Part shown: one piece after another, positions 46,678 through 58,860 of the stretch
Numbering within the stretch: position 1 is the first letter of the stretch
Layout of the letters: each line of letters opens with the position of its first letter
Source: Neophaeotheca triangularis
Taxonomy: Eukaryota
Assembly (NCBI GenBank): GCA_054600435.1
Contig: BAAIJX010000065.1
Span: 1 to 64,000 of the forward strand
Length of the DNA stretch: 64,000 nt
Direction of reading: 5' to 3'
Notes under the pieces: generated by a model
The model's input: the letters and a program-made list of their open reading frames with translations, nothing else
Database searches by the model: none
What the model was told of the DNA's origin: nothing
Made by a program: the position numbers and the translations under genes

Positions 46678-48834
46678 TTATGTCGAGAAGTTCTTGGTGA
46701 AGCTCTGCACGATCTCCTTAAGCTGGCCCTCCAAGTCCTTGCTGAGCGCGCCCTCCTTGTCGATCTTGGCAAGGAAGTCGGCCTGGTCGCTGCGGAGGTG
46801 GGAAAGGAAGTCGGCCTCCCATGATAGAATCTTGTTGACGGGGACCTTGTCGAGGTAACCGTTGATACCAGCGAAGATGAGGGGAACCATCTCGTTGACA
46901 GCCATGGGAGTGTACTGCTTCTGCTTGAGGAGCTCGGTAAGACGCTCACCACGGGACAGAGTCTGCTTGGTGGCAGCGTCCAAGTCGGAACCGAACTGGG
47001 CGAAAGCGGCGACTTCACGGTATTGGGCCAAGAAGAGCTTGAGGGAACCGGCAACTTGCTTCATGGCCTTGAGCTGGGCAGCGGAACCGACACGGGACAC
47101 GGACAGACCGACGTTGATGGCGGGGCGGATACCCTTGTAGAAGAGCTCGGACTCCAAGAAGATCTGGCCGTCGGTGATGGAAATGACGTTGGTGGGAATG
47201 TAGGCAGACACGTCACCACCCTGGGTCTCAATGATGGGCAGGGCAGTGAGGGAACCGCCGCCGTGCTTGTCGCTCATCTTGGCGGCACGCTCGAGGAGAC
47301 GAGAGTGCAGGTAGAAGACGTCACCAGGGTAGGCCTCACGTCCCGGGGGACGACGGAGCAGCAGAGACATTTGACGGTAGGCGACGGCCTGCTTCGACAA
47401 ATCGTCGTAGACAACGACGGCGTGCTTGCCGTTGTCACGGAACCACTCACCGATGGAGCATCCGGTGAATCTGTTCAAAAGTCAGTCTTGCGTTCCACAT
47501 GGGACGCTTTTAGTTAATCGGGGATACTAACGGTGCTAGGTACTGCAATCTATCTAGTTGTTAGCAGGCGAACACAGCTTCATATGAGTTCAAGTTGAAC
47601 TTACGGAGCAGCCTCAGAGGCAGTGGCGGCAACGACGATAGAGTACTTCATTGCGTCGTTCTCCTCGAGGGTCTGGACGAGCTGGGCAACAGTAGACCGC
47701 TTCTGCCCAACAGCGACGTAAATGCAGTAAAGCTTCTTGCTCTCGTCGTTGGTGTTGTTCCACCTCTTCTGGTTGAGCATGGCGTCGAGGGCGACGGCAG
47801 TCTTACCAGTCTGACGGTCACCAATGATCAATTCACGCTGACCACGGCCAATGGGCACCATTGCGTCAACGGACTTGAGACCGGTCTGCACGGGCTGGTT
47901 GACGGAGGTACGGGGCAAAATGCCGGGGGCCTTGGCCTGAGCACGGCGCTTCTCAGAGCTCTTCAAGGGGCCCTTGCCGTCAATGGGGTTACCGAGAGCG
48001 TCAACTACACGGCCGAGCATGCCCTCGCCGACTGGCACGTCGACCTGGATAGCTTGTTAGAAGGTGCAGGCAAGCGGAAGCTGCAAAGTGAACTTACAAT
48101 CTCGCCGGTACGCTTGACAGTCTCGCCCTCCTTGACCAACCTGTCGGAACCGAAAAGCACGACACCGACCTGGCCGGCTTCGAGGTTCATGCACATGCCC
48201 TTGACGCCAGAGGCGAACCTAGATATGCGTTAGCTATACGCTTGGCGACATTACATGAGTGTGTAAGATAAGCGCTTACTCGACGAGCTCCTCAGCCTGG
48301 ACGTTGCTCATGCCGTGGACACGCGCGATACCGTCACTATAACCTCAAATCAGCCTCTGCACTACTTTGCCATTGTATTGTTGTATGTGTTTGGTCGTAT
48401 CGTACCCAACGGAAAGGACGCGGCCAGTCTCGGCCAAGCCAGCCTCCTCTTGGACGCCACGGATTCTCTGCTCGAGGATGGAGGAGACCTCGGTGGGGGA
48501 GGCCTTTGCGTCGGCAGCATAGCTGCGGACGAAGGAGTTTGCGACGGCGGGAGTGGCCTTCTGCTGTAGGGTGGAAGATGAAGTTAGCGCGCTGTCCCTG
48601 AAACCTGGCCTCGGATGCCGCAGGCGCGCCAAAGACCGCCATTGAAGTTCAACCAGTCGCCGAAAAGGTCTCCCATATCCATCATGCATGCCATTGAGCT
48701 CAGCGCAATCGCTTTTGGCCGACCTTGAGGCCGCTGACGGGCGTGGTAGGGGGTCAACGTACCGCTGAAATTCTGCTGCTAGCGGAGAGCGCCCCGGCAG
48801 CGCGGGTGCTCGTCCTCAGTGCCGTCCTGAACAT
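46678..48834 (-). CDS. ATP1: Mitochondrial F1-ATP synthase alpha subunit, 7 exons
   Basis: Presequence [23 protein letters not shown]-loop and [24 protein letters not shown]. Introns 48564-48762, 48337-48405, 48219-48279, 48045-48097, 47550-47604 and 47471-47531. Confidence 0.98.
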
Positions 48835-49413
48835 GGCGGTATGTGTGATGCTCCTAGCTCTCGTAATGGGTAGAAGAAATCCGCTCGGGCAGCGGTGTTG
48901 ATGGCGGTGATGGGAGTGGAGAGCTGATGGAGGGGAGGACAGTAGGTGATGGCTCGTTGTCGAAGCCAGAGGCGAGAGGAGAAGAGCTTCTCCCGCAGCT
49001 TGCCAAGCCGTGAACAGTGCTTTTGCCGGGCACGTAAAGTCACGTGCCCGGGAATTTTCGGGGGCAGCTTTCTTGACTACAGGCCATGGCATCAAGGTAA
49101 TCTGCAAAGAGGGGACAAGGTGCTTCTAGTCAACTTATTAACGTTAGTCGCTGCCCACTTGTTGCTGCTGCACTGCAGACGGCAATAGTGACTTCGCGGA
49201 ACACCAACGTAAGCATCTGCTTGCAACCCTTCCAACTACCCTATTCATACCTGTATTATGCTCATTTTCTTAACCAGGCCGAGCTCACCAAGGTTTTTTC
49301 CCTACGCGAGTCATCTTTTCAGCACCGGAAACGCGATATCATCAGCATGAGCGTCTGTGTTTCGTAAAACCAACTTCACCCAAGAAAACCAGCATACAAT
49401 CCAAAAACCACAA

Positions 49414-50200
49414 ATGGCTCTCAATCTCGAGAAGCAATTGCTTTTCGTAAGATTCCCATCTCTCAATACTACCGAAACTACCACCATACTAACTAATCAA
49501 CCCAGTATGGCTCCTACCACCACAACCCAGTGCGTTTAGGTTTCAACACCTCAGACACCGCTCCCTAAACTTACCGCGCCTCTCTTCGCCTTCTAGGTCA
49601 ACGTCGGCATCCACATCATCTGCGTCCCGATGATACTGCTCACCTCCTTCCTCCTCGTACGCACCACGATGATTCCCCCTCCATTCGCAACCACCTCACT
49701 AACCCAAAACCCCCTTCGCCACCCAACAGCTCACCAACACCCCCTCCCTTCCTTTGCCAACCTGGCTCAGCATCCCGCACCTCCCCGCCAACGTCGGCAC
49801 GATCGGCACAATCCTCTACAGCACCCTCTACATCCTCATGGAACCCGTAGCCGGCGGATTGCTCGCCCCGCTCCTTCTGGCCAGCACCGCTTACAGCAAT
49901 CACCTAACTTCCACGCACGGTTCCAACGCCAACTGGATCGCGGGCGGTATGAACGTGGCGTCCTGGATCGCGCAGTTTGTGGGTCATGGGGTTTACGAGG
50001 GGCGTGCGCCGGCGCTTTTGGATAATCTTGTCCAGGCGTTGTTTTTGGCGCCGTTCTTTGTGTGGATGGAGGTGCTGTTTGCTTTTGGGTATCGGCCGGA
50101 GCTGAAGGCGAGGTTGGACAGGGCTGTTGAGGGAGAGTTGAAGCGGTTGGAGGGAAAGAAGGGGGGAAAGGGGGAGGCGGGGAATGGTGTGGCGAAGTGA
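49414..50200 (+). CDS. MPO1: DUF962 / Mpo1 2-hydroxy fatty acid dioxygenase, 4 exons
   Basis: Introns 49447-49505, 49530-49596 and 49657-49729 give MALNLEKQLLFYGSYHHNPVNVGIHIICVP...WIAQFVGHGVYEGRAPALLDNL. Confidence 0.9.
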
Positions 50201-50884
50201 ATGGCTAGGTAACGGCTGAATGGGTTCTTGAGGTTTTATGGTCATTGCGAGTGGTGGCAGGGGAGGGCGGTGTGGTTGGGTGAGCTTGTGGAAGGAGTCA
50301 GGTCGCATTGCAGCGATTTCTGCTTTTCTGAGACGTTCAAGCGATCTTAGTCGGCGTTCGAGAGCTCTTTGACTATGCCTTCGAGTGCATGTAGTTCAAG
50401 TACAGCACACACGTTACGATGAAACCTTGCTACATCATCAGTCTGCTCGAAGGCCAGTCATTTGCACTTGACTGTTTCACATCCTTCGATACCAGCCCAT
50501 GATTGCGGCTTGTGCCTCCAGAGCGAACGCGGATCGAAGAGCCGAAGCTCCTGAAACCGGTGCAGCCCCGGTGAAGGAAACGATACTGCAGCCAGAAAGC
50601 CCTTTCGACAAGCAAATGTCTCATTGAGATATGGTACAAAAGCTCGCTGCATGCACATCTTATCCTTCGACCCCCCGTTACTTCTTTCTGGGTATCTCAT
50701 CGCTGTCGCCCAAACCGATAACACTCACCATGACATGCACTTGTTTTTGTCTCAAGAAGAAATTGTCCCCCGACGCCGCGCTAAACCGATGTAAGCATTC
50801 CCCTCGCTCAGAGCACCTTTCCACCCACGCCTAATAGATCCGCGAGACCTGCTTTCGCATTTAAGAGTTTGTGGGACAGTGGTT

Positions 50885-51563
50885 CTAGAGATCGAGAGGG
50901 CTGGTGGTTTCCGTGTTAGCACGCAGTGAGTCGATGTTTCGGGGGTTTTGGCCGGCAATGTACCCTAGGTAGTCCTCCTTGATGCTGCCGATTGCAAACA
51001 TCTGCCCGACCTCGCCGCGGATACCCTTGATACGGAGACGGACTTGTGCGCCGCGCTCGACGGTCTGAGTCTCGTTGTCGGTGAAGGATGGTGTGGAGCC
51101 CTCGACAGTGTATTTCAATTGGGGAGGGATCATCTAGATTTTGTTGCGTGTCAGCAGAACGCGCCACACCCCTAACCAGCCTTCACGGTATACCCGATTC
51201 TCTTCTTCCCTGCACGCTCAAGATGGTACTCACGGCCTTGCTAACGAAAACACTCAACCCGCCCACGTCCACGAAGAACCCGTTGTTGACCACACTGCTG
51301 ACCAACCCGTCGACCACCTCCCCACGGAACGGCCTCCAAACGATAGCGCGGTACGCAACGTTGTACTGCGCGAAACCCGTACCAGGCAGAATCTTGGGGT
51401 CGCTGATTCCCTCGATGTCGATAATCGCGATGATCATCATTGTGCCGGTGTTGGTGCCCTCGACATCCTGGTAGAGTTTGGCTTTGACGTAGTCTTCGGC
51501 TTGCGCGTTGAAGAAGGAAGGGTGGAGGGTCACGGTGTGCTCGAGGGGTTTGACGAAGAACAT
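50885..51563 (-). CDS. RPB7: RNA polymerase II subunit Rpb7; introns 51134-51233 and 50901-50963
   Basis: MFF...TLHPSFF, WRPFRGEVVDG and FAIGSIKEDYLG(PL). Confidence 0.95.
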
Positions 51564-52043
51564 GGTCGGTTGCGGTCGTTCGAGGTAACGGGGTGCTGGT
51601 GGGGTCTTTGGGTGGGTGAGGTCGCGCGCCCTCAGGACTCGGTGAAATGAATGTGTGGGTTTGTGTTGGAGCTATTGGCGACGCGGATGGTATGTGCAGC
51701 AATTGGAGGCTTTTCGAAGCTATGAGAGGGCCACGGGGAATAATACTGGGTAGGTATGCTGTTGCGTGGTGATGTTTGAGCTTCGGCCGGACGTGGCCGG
51801 CGCAACACGACTTCACGTGCTACTCACAAAGCAAAGGTCATATTGATTAAGCTTAATCGAATTGCAGGTAAAGCCCGCCCCCACCCTTTCAACGTCACTG
51901 TCGACAGCTCAAGTCGCACGACAGGCAGCTCTATTCGACATCTTCATCATACACCTACACACTCACACTTGGCTATACCTCACCTAAAAAATATTCAGGA
52001 TCAGGCTTGACCCCAAGCTGTCACCCAATCAGGTATCGCAACG

Positions 52044-52756
52044 ATGAATCGGCTCTTCGGCGCCAGGAACAATGCCCCCAAGCCAACCCTCAACAGCGCC
52101 ATAAGCAACGTAAAGACCTCGCCAAACGTCCCAAGCACCTCCCCTTGCATCCACTAACACACTCGATCCAGGTCGACACACGGATCGAAACCATCGATGT
52201 CAAACTCGCCAAACTCAACGCGGAACTCAGCACCTACCAAACGCGGCTGCGCAACATGCGCGACGGCCCAGGGAAATCCGCCATTAAGCAAAAAGCCGTC
52301 AAGATCCTGCAACAGCGCAAAATGTACGAATCGCAAAAGGATCAGCTGCAGCAGCAGAGCTGGAACATGGAGCAAGCGGGCATGATGCAGGATAACCTCA
52401 AAAACACCATGGCGACGGTCGATGCCATGAAGACGACGCAGAAGGAGCTCAAGAAGCAGTACGGGAAAGTGGATATCGATAAGATTGAGAAAATGCAGGA
52501 TGAGATGCAAGACTTGATGGATGTTGGGAACGATATTCAGGAGAGCATTAGTCGGAGTTACGACGTTCCTGAGGATGTCGATGAGGCTGAGTTGGACGCC
52601 GAGTTGGAGGCGTTGGGTAATGAGGCGGATTTGGGTGCTGAGGGGGTTGGGGAGGGCGAGATGCCGAGCTATCTTCAAGAGCAGGGCGCAGGGGTGCCGA
52701 CGTTTATCGATGAGCCGCCTTCTGAACAAGGCAAGGTCAAGGAGGCGGCGGGCTAG
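52044..52756 (+). CDS. VPS60: ESCRT-III protein Vps60/CHMP5 (Snf7 family); intron 52110-52171
   Basis: MNRLFG..N.PKPTL start, QQSWNMEQA and DVDEAELDAELEAL. Confidence 0.93.
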
Positions 52757-53475
52757 AGGGGCTGCGTCTACTGGACTTTGAGGCGAGATGTGATACCCTT
52801 TTTTTATCAGGACGGTCTACAATAAGCGAAATGGTTCCCAGCATCCTTGCATATATACGAAGGAGGATGATGAATGACCTGTTTGGACGTTAGGGTTAGA
52901 GTTGTGGTTGCTCTGGCTGCCGCCAACGCAGCGATGCTCCATGCAGTCAACCGCTTGGGTGCCATAGGTTCTTCAGAGCGGCATCTGTGGTAGAGAGGCA
53001 AGGTGAAGCTCTGAAAAACCTTGCTGGTCAGGAGCTGACCGGTCTTGCTCACTTTGGAGACTTGGGAATGTTTTTGCTTGCTTCCTCTCAAAGCCTCACT
53101 GCGATTCTGTCCCACGAGAGTACCGGGCCAAGTGGCTTGGTTGAGTGACCGCCAGCGAGAGCAGTCGATAAAGCTCGGATTGACAGGCCCGTCAGCTATG
53201 AGATATTGCTGGAAGAGACCAACTCCGAGAGGGAGCTTACAGCTCCCTCTCAGTGAAGTACAGCCCCCTTCATATCAACCTCCCTCTCGCCTAAATCAGC
53301 TGGGCGCCGAGAAAAGGGATTTGCGCTCACTCAAGTAGTTCAAAGGGCGGCTTGTCCATCCTATAATCTCCAAATCTATCAGGGTATCAAGTATACGAGA
53401 ACCTAGGCATACGCCCGCCTCATCAGATCCACAACAGCAGCCACACAAACGACCGCATAGCCCCCTCCCAGACAC

Positions 53476-54494
53476 TCACAGACGCGCCCTAAACTGCCTA
53501 TTCTCATCTCTCAGCGGCTCAGCCTCCCCATACCGATCGCTCTTGTCGGGCAAACCGGGCTGCTGGCTCTTCTTAGGCGCAGAATGATACCCACCCTTGA
53601 CATTATCCGTATTCACCACCCTCCCCTCCCCATCCCGCACAATGCCCAACTCCACCAATTTCGCAAAAGCAATTGAGAAATGCGAGAAGAACACATCCTT
53701 GTCCTTCGCATACAGCTCCACCCAAGGCCTAAACCCAGCATCCCCGACCAGCGCCAAATCCGTCGGCAGCATCATTAGCTCCTCTTCCGCGTCCTCGTCG
53801 TAGTGCACAAACTGCTTGATGCCATTGGGTAGTGTTTTCTCCCGCCAGGTCCGCGAGAGCATGAGCTTGAAGTACGAGTTGCTGAAACGGGTGGGGTTGT
53901 TGACCCAGGCGCCGTCGAAACCGGAGCGGTCGCTGTGACACCGGCCGAGATTGTGCGCGCCACTCAAAGCCACGATTTCCTGATCCGAGAAGCCCATGCG
54001 CCCGAAGATGAAGCGGATGTGCTCTGCGCCTTGCGCGCCGTCTGGCAGTCGGCCTCGCGGGGGTAGTTTGCTGTCGTCGACGTAGTCGGTGCGGCCCGGT
54101 TGCCAGGGGATGTCTGGGCCGCCCATTTCGCGGATCGCTACGACGCCGGCTAGTGTCCAGAGGTCGGCGTAGGTGATCCAGGGGTGTTGGCGTTTGATTT
54201 CTTCGAGGAAGATGCGGGCGTGTTGCAGGCCGGCGTTGGCTGGATCACCCCCTTCGCTCTCGTAGCGCATACCGGCGCCGTTGGAGCCGCCCGTGTCCGT
54301 CGAGGCATCGTAGGTGCCCGCCGAGTGCCTGCGGGAGGGATCAGAAGGTTGTGGGGAGTTTTACAGGAGCTGGATTGCGCTTACCATGCTAGACGAACCA
54401 GTACTGGTCCAGCGCTGCCATCGTCATATTCGGGCTGGTGTAGAAGGGTTGCGATATCCTTGCGGACCGCGGTAAAATCTCCAGGGGTACTCAT
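53476..54494 (-). CDS. Class I heme peroxidase (cytochrome c / ascorbate peroxidase-like) with PTS1; intron 54329-54384
   Basis: Distal VLVRLAW/HSAGTYD, proximal [10 protein letters not shown] and LMMLPTD. No mitochondrial presequence. C-terminus ends in -ARL. Confidence 0.92.
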
Positions 54495-55596
54495 TGTGCG
54501 TGAAAAAGCTGCAGTCTCAATGTAGATTCCTGACAATGCAAAGTTCAAGACACGAGAGAAACAGACGCCATACTTAACAAACACCTACCGTGGCAAGGGA
54601 GCCATCATAGACCAAAAAGCAGTCCATGCTTACCCGTAATCACCCTACATGGTCGCCGCCGAGGTGTACGTGAACCCTCGGTGGTCGGTCGATTGCTCAA
54701 AATGTTAGTCGAGGCGAAGAAAATTGGACCTTTGTAAGAAGCACGTGTAAAAAAGATGGGTGGTCAAGTTTGTATGACGAAGCGAGGCCCATGATCACCA
54801 TCAGGTCACCAGGTGGTAGCATGTCGGTACCTTACCTCATAAGGTTCGGTATGTGGTCAGGAACAGGTTTAGCGTCGCTGTTTGAGTGCCCGTTTTGTCA
54901 TTTGCGGCTCTGCTGTCTGTGCATCTGAAGTAGTGACTTCAACTTGCCTTTCGATTTCACTCACTTCATCTACTCTTCTCGCCTTTAATACTTTTTCTTT
55001 TATTTTACGTCTTGTCGCTTTCGAGGGAGGCGGGCGACGGAGCATCGATAGGAGGTAGAAGCTCCATGTTGCAGTCACGCCTTGGAGTTCTCACGCGCTT
55101 TCGAAAGGCTTCTGCCATGACATTGTGGCGAATCTTGTCCTATGGAGAGCATACCAGCGAATACACCTAGGTATTTGCCTTGGCCATGGCCGCCATCAGA
55201 TCAGTATCAGTAGCACTTATGGTTGCGATAGATGTAGCAGTAGACGTCAGGATTTCAGTAAGTCCTTGAATTAGGTCCAGATAGCGAAGAAGGGAAGGGA
55301 ATCTGAAGTGTTGTGTGTTGTGTGTGTTGTCTTGTCGTCCCGCCATTGCATGCAAGTATGTCAGCCGCGGATGAAGCTCATGAGGTGCTCTTGCCCTTTC
55401 TTTCCTACCACAGGTACCTCATGTTGCACTTCCCAACCTTCGGAGCTCCTCACGTTGGGAACACGTGACGCGACTCAAGGCAGACGCGCGCCTCGAAAGT
55501 GCTTCACCTTCAGACGTTCCATCTTGTCAGGATCCACATCGACAACAACCTCAAGCTTCTTCTGCCTACTCTGGCAAACATACCACTCACTACACC

Positions 55597-57358
55597 ATGG
55601 CCAAGGCTACCAGGACGAAGAACAAGTCGGGTCGTAAGGCTAGAAGTCCACACCGCGTGAGCCAGCGGGAGGTTGATTCTCTCAGCCTGGTTGATGAGCC
55701 AAAGCCGCTGTCGAGCAAGAAGAAGGAGAAAGAGAAACAGAAGGAGAAGAAGAAAAAGAAAAAGAAAAAGCTCACATTCTGGTCCCTCCCAAAGGACGTA
55801 AGGGAGCAAATCTACCGGCAAGCCCTTGTGAAAGATGATTCCATGGACTGCTTCCAGGACCAGGGCAACCCTGCGGACAGGTCTCCGTACGACGGACTCA
55901 AGCTTGTACCTACATGGTTCGAGGCCGATCCCAGGGTCGATCGTGAAGCTGCTCCCATCTATTTCGGTGAAAACCGCTTCGACCTGCCGGACATTGTCGC
56001 CCTCCACCACCTTGCACAAAGCATGTGGCCACGTCATTTCAAACTGGTTCGAAAGATACGGCTGAAACTCGAAGGCGGGGCCTACTTTCGCTGCGAGACC
56101 CTTCGACATCTGCAAAGACTCAAATGTATTGATGAGCTGTTCATCATTGTCGACGAGAAACACTGGTTGTCACGCAAACTTTCTTCCGCCGAAGATCTCC
56201 AGTGGGACCCAGCAATGGATATTATACCGCAGCTTGCACTTCGCGGTTACTACATGTCTGGTGTGCCGGGTCTGTATGCACTTTCTGGCATTCGTTCAGT
56301 CAAGTTTTTGGCCGACAAGAACGCGAAGCCAGACAGCTTGGACTTCCAGGGCCCTTTGCCTGGCGGTTTCTTCGAGACCATTCTCAAACCTCACATGATG
56401 CGCTCTCGGGATGTTGAGCTTGAACCTGGGTAATGGCTATTTTGACATGCGCAATGTCGCACTCCGAAAGCTAACGTGACATCTCAGGTTCAGCGATGAT
56501 GCCTCTTTTCGGTTCCTTGATCTTCCAGCCGAGCTACGGAACCGCATCTACAAGCTCCTCCTTGTCTTCCCCGGTGGAGTGGTCCCTTCTACAAACTCGC
56601 CAAGCTCTGTCATGGGACTTCTCAAGAACTCCCCGCTCGACGTACGGGCAAATGCCTCGTTGCCGGATAGCGGGCTGAAGATCCTCGCTGTCTGCCGCCA
56701 GATCCACCAAGAGGCTGTTGGCATGTTCTACGGCGACAACACGCTTCATTTCCACTACCCCATCCAGTTCTCGACTTTTCTATTCAGCATAGGACCGGAT
56801 CGTTCACGCTTCATCCGAGATGTCACTCTGGTCTACCACAATCGGACAGAGGGCACTATTCAAACCTTCGAAAGCGCCATCCGAAGTCTGCGATGCTTGC
56901 AAGCTCTCCAGAAATTGCAGATCATGCTGCGAATGCAATTGACGCAGGGACTGTCTGACGGCGGTTACGAAGATGTCAGGACCAATGTGTACTTTGCAAG
57001 ACTTCATGGGCCCGAGGGCATGAGAACATTGTTCACACTGCGAGGACTAGCGCACATCCAGGTGCGCGATCTTTGGCTGGAGTACCAACTCGACCCTACC
57101 TCTGAAGGAGATTTCTCGGATAAAGAAGTCGAAGCTTCCCGCAATATGACCGAAGCACTTTGTCATTTCAACTCTGCACTGGCTGTAGCTCAGCAGGGAA
57201 ACCTGAATCGGCGTTTTTTCGATGATGAGTACTGGCACACGCGCCTTGTGTTCCCAGCTATCTGCGACTGCAAAGAGAAAGAATGGGATTGCACAAATGA
57301 TTCGACGACCTGCCTCCAGCTACCAGGCACCAAGCGCGAGACGGAGTCATCAGACTGA
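55597..57358 (+). CDS. Hypothetical protein with two tandem F-box-like/LPxE units; intron 56430-56487
   Basis: GTAATG..GCTAAC..CAG joins two ORFs in frame. FWSLPKDVREQIY..REAAPIYFGEN and FLDLPAELRNRIY..QEAVGMFYGDN. A Lys-rich tract lies near the N-terminus. Confidence 0.8.
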
Positions 57359-57837
57359 ACGCCGGCACTATGATGGGTGTGAGGTCCGGTCGCTTTTTTC
57401 CTATATCTAGAAGCGATTCAACGCAGCTAGATTCAGGCGTACCGCTATGGGGATATCAAAGGCTCTTTGTGGTAAAGTTGTGGGCTTGAGGAACATACAA
57501 TGTCACTTGTAGCGGGACTGAGTAAGCATGCGGTACTACAGATTGGAGAGCACGAGTGCTTCGGGCGGTATCATATCACTCAATTGTTTTTGTAGCCATT
57601 AGCACAGTCAACAAATTATCCAGTACGATAGCCACGACAGTATTCCTCCTATCGAATATCCAACAAAGCCCATGTACGCCGTACTGCCCATCACCCCTTG
57701 AGTTACCGGTCCCGGCAAACGGCAAATTTTCTCGCAGCTCCAGGTCCAGATGAACTTTCAATAACACTCGCATTGTCAGAACGAAGAACATCAACCCAAA
57801 GACCGTCAAGCTCCGCAGCCTACTCCCGTATCCTATA

Positions 57838-58860
57838 TCAAACAAACCCCCTCAGTCCCCTCAAAAAAGCCACCACAACCTCCCCCTCCCCTTGCACAAC
57901 TCTCACAACCCCCTCAAGCACCAGCTCAAACATCTCCCCCGCAACCCGCGCCCCACTGACCCCGAACTCCACGCCCTCGAGCCCCGAAACCCCCTCCCAG
58001 CAGCCCTCACGCTCCTCCCAGACTTCCACGCACTGGGTGGCGAGGAACCAGTCGATGAAACCGCGCGCGCAGAGGCGTTGGGCCATGAAATCGACGCGCG
58101 CGGCGGGAGGAGGTTGCGCTCTTTGGGAGGGTTTGCGGGGCTGGCGGCGGGGCTGGCGGGGTTTGGACTGGAAGGTGAAGGGGGTTTGGTAGGTTGTTTC
58201 GGGGGATGCGGTTGTGAGGGGGTGGGGGTTTTGGGGTTTTAGGTCTGCGGTGGTGCTGGGGCCGATTTGGTAGGGGAAGCCGTGGAGGGTGTTGAGGGTT
58301 TTTTGCTCGGTGGTGGCGGGTTTGGGGGTGTTGGAGCTGGTTGTGTAGCCGGTGCCGATTTGGTAGGGGAAGCCGTGGAGGGTGTTGAGGACGTTGTCTT
58401 CGTTCACTGTTCTGGCTATGTGGGTCTTTGGCGTTAGGGGCGTGGCGTCGCTACCACTGTCGTGGTTGTCGTAGTCGTCGTCGTCGTCGTCTTCCCAGAT
58501 GAGCGAGCTGCGGAAGTCATCTTGACTTGAATCAGCTTTGTACTTCTCGATGGCTTGGAGCTGTTGAGCGTACTGGAGGGTTACAATGTCCGAGGGGGCG
58601 ATGCCCGAAAGGATGGAGCCGTTGAGTTTGCGTTGCGATGGAGCCTGCCAGTTTATTTGAGCGAAGTGTGGGTGGTTTGAGCTTGTTGACGATGAGAATG
58701 GCATTGATCCTTGCTCGAATTCATTGCCTTTGGGAGTCGCGCAGCTGAACATCTTAGCATTGGAAGATGACGATGACTTGGCCTCGACATCGGAGGCGAG
58801 ATATGCCTGGCGCAACTTCTTGGATCCAGCCTTCCGACGGAGAATCTGGAGGAAGCCCAT
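57838..58860 (-). CDS. Hypothetical protein with internal LNTLHGFPYQIG repeat
   Basis: 340-aa ATG-initiated ORF. An identical 37-bp segment occurs at 58261-58297 and 58354-58390. Confidence 0.65.
   Translation of the reverse strand: MGFLQILRRKAGSKKLRQAYLASDVEAKSSSSSNAKMFSCATPKGNEFEQGSMPFSSSTSSNHPHFAQINWQAPSQRKLNGSILSGIAPSDIVTLQYAQQLQAIEKYKADSSQDDFRSSLIWEDDDDDDYDNHDSGSDATPLTPKTHIARTVNEDNVLNTLHGFPYQIGTGYTTSSNTPKPATTEQKTLNTLHGFPYQIGPSTTADLKPQNPHPLTTASPETTYQTPFTFQSKPRQPRRQPRKPSQRAQPPPAARVDFMAQRLCARGFIDWFLATQCVEVWEEREGCWEGVSGLEGVEFGVSGARVAGEMFELVLEGVVRVVQGEGEVVVAFLRGLRGFV

Noticed and set aside
52890..52900. TTAGGGTTAG telomere-like word
   Set aside because: Fewer than two full units, so expected by chance.
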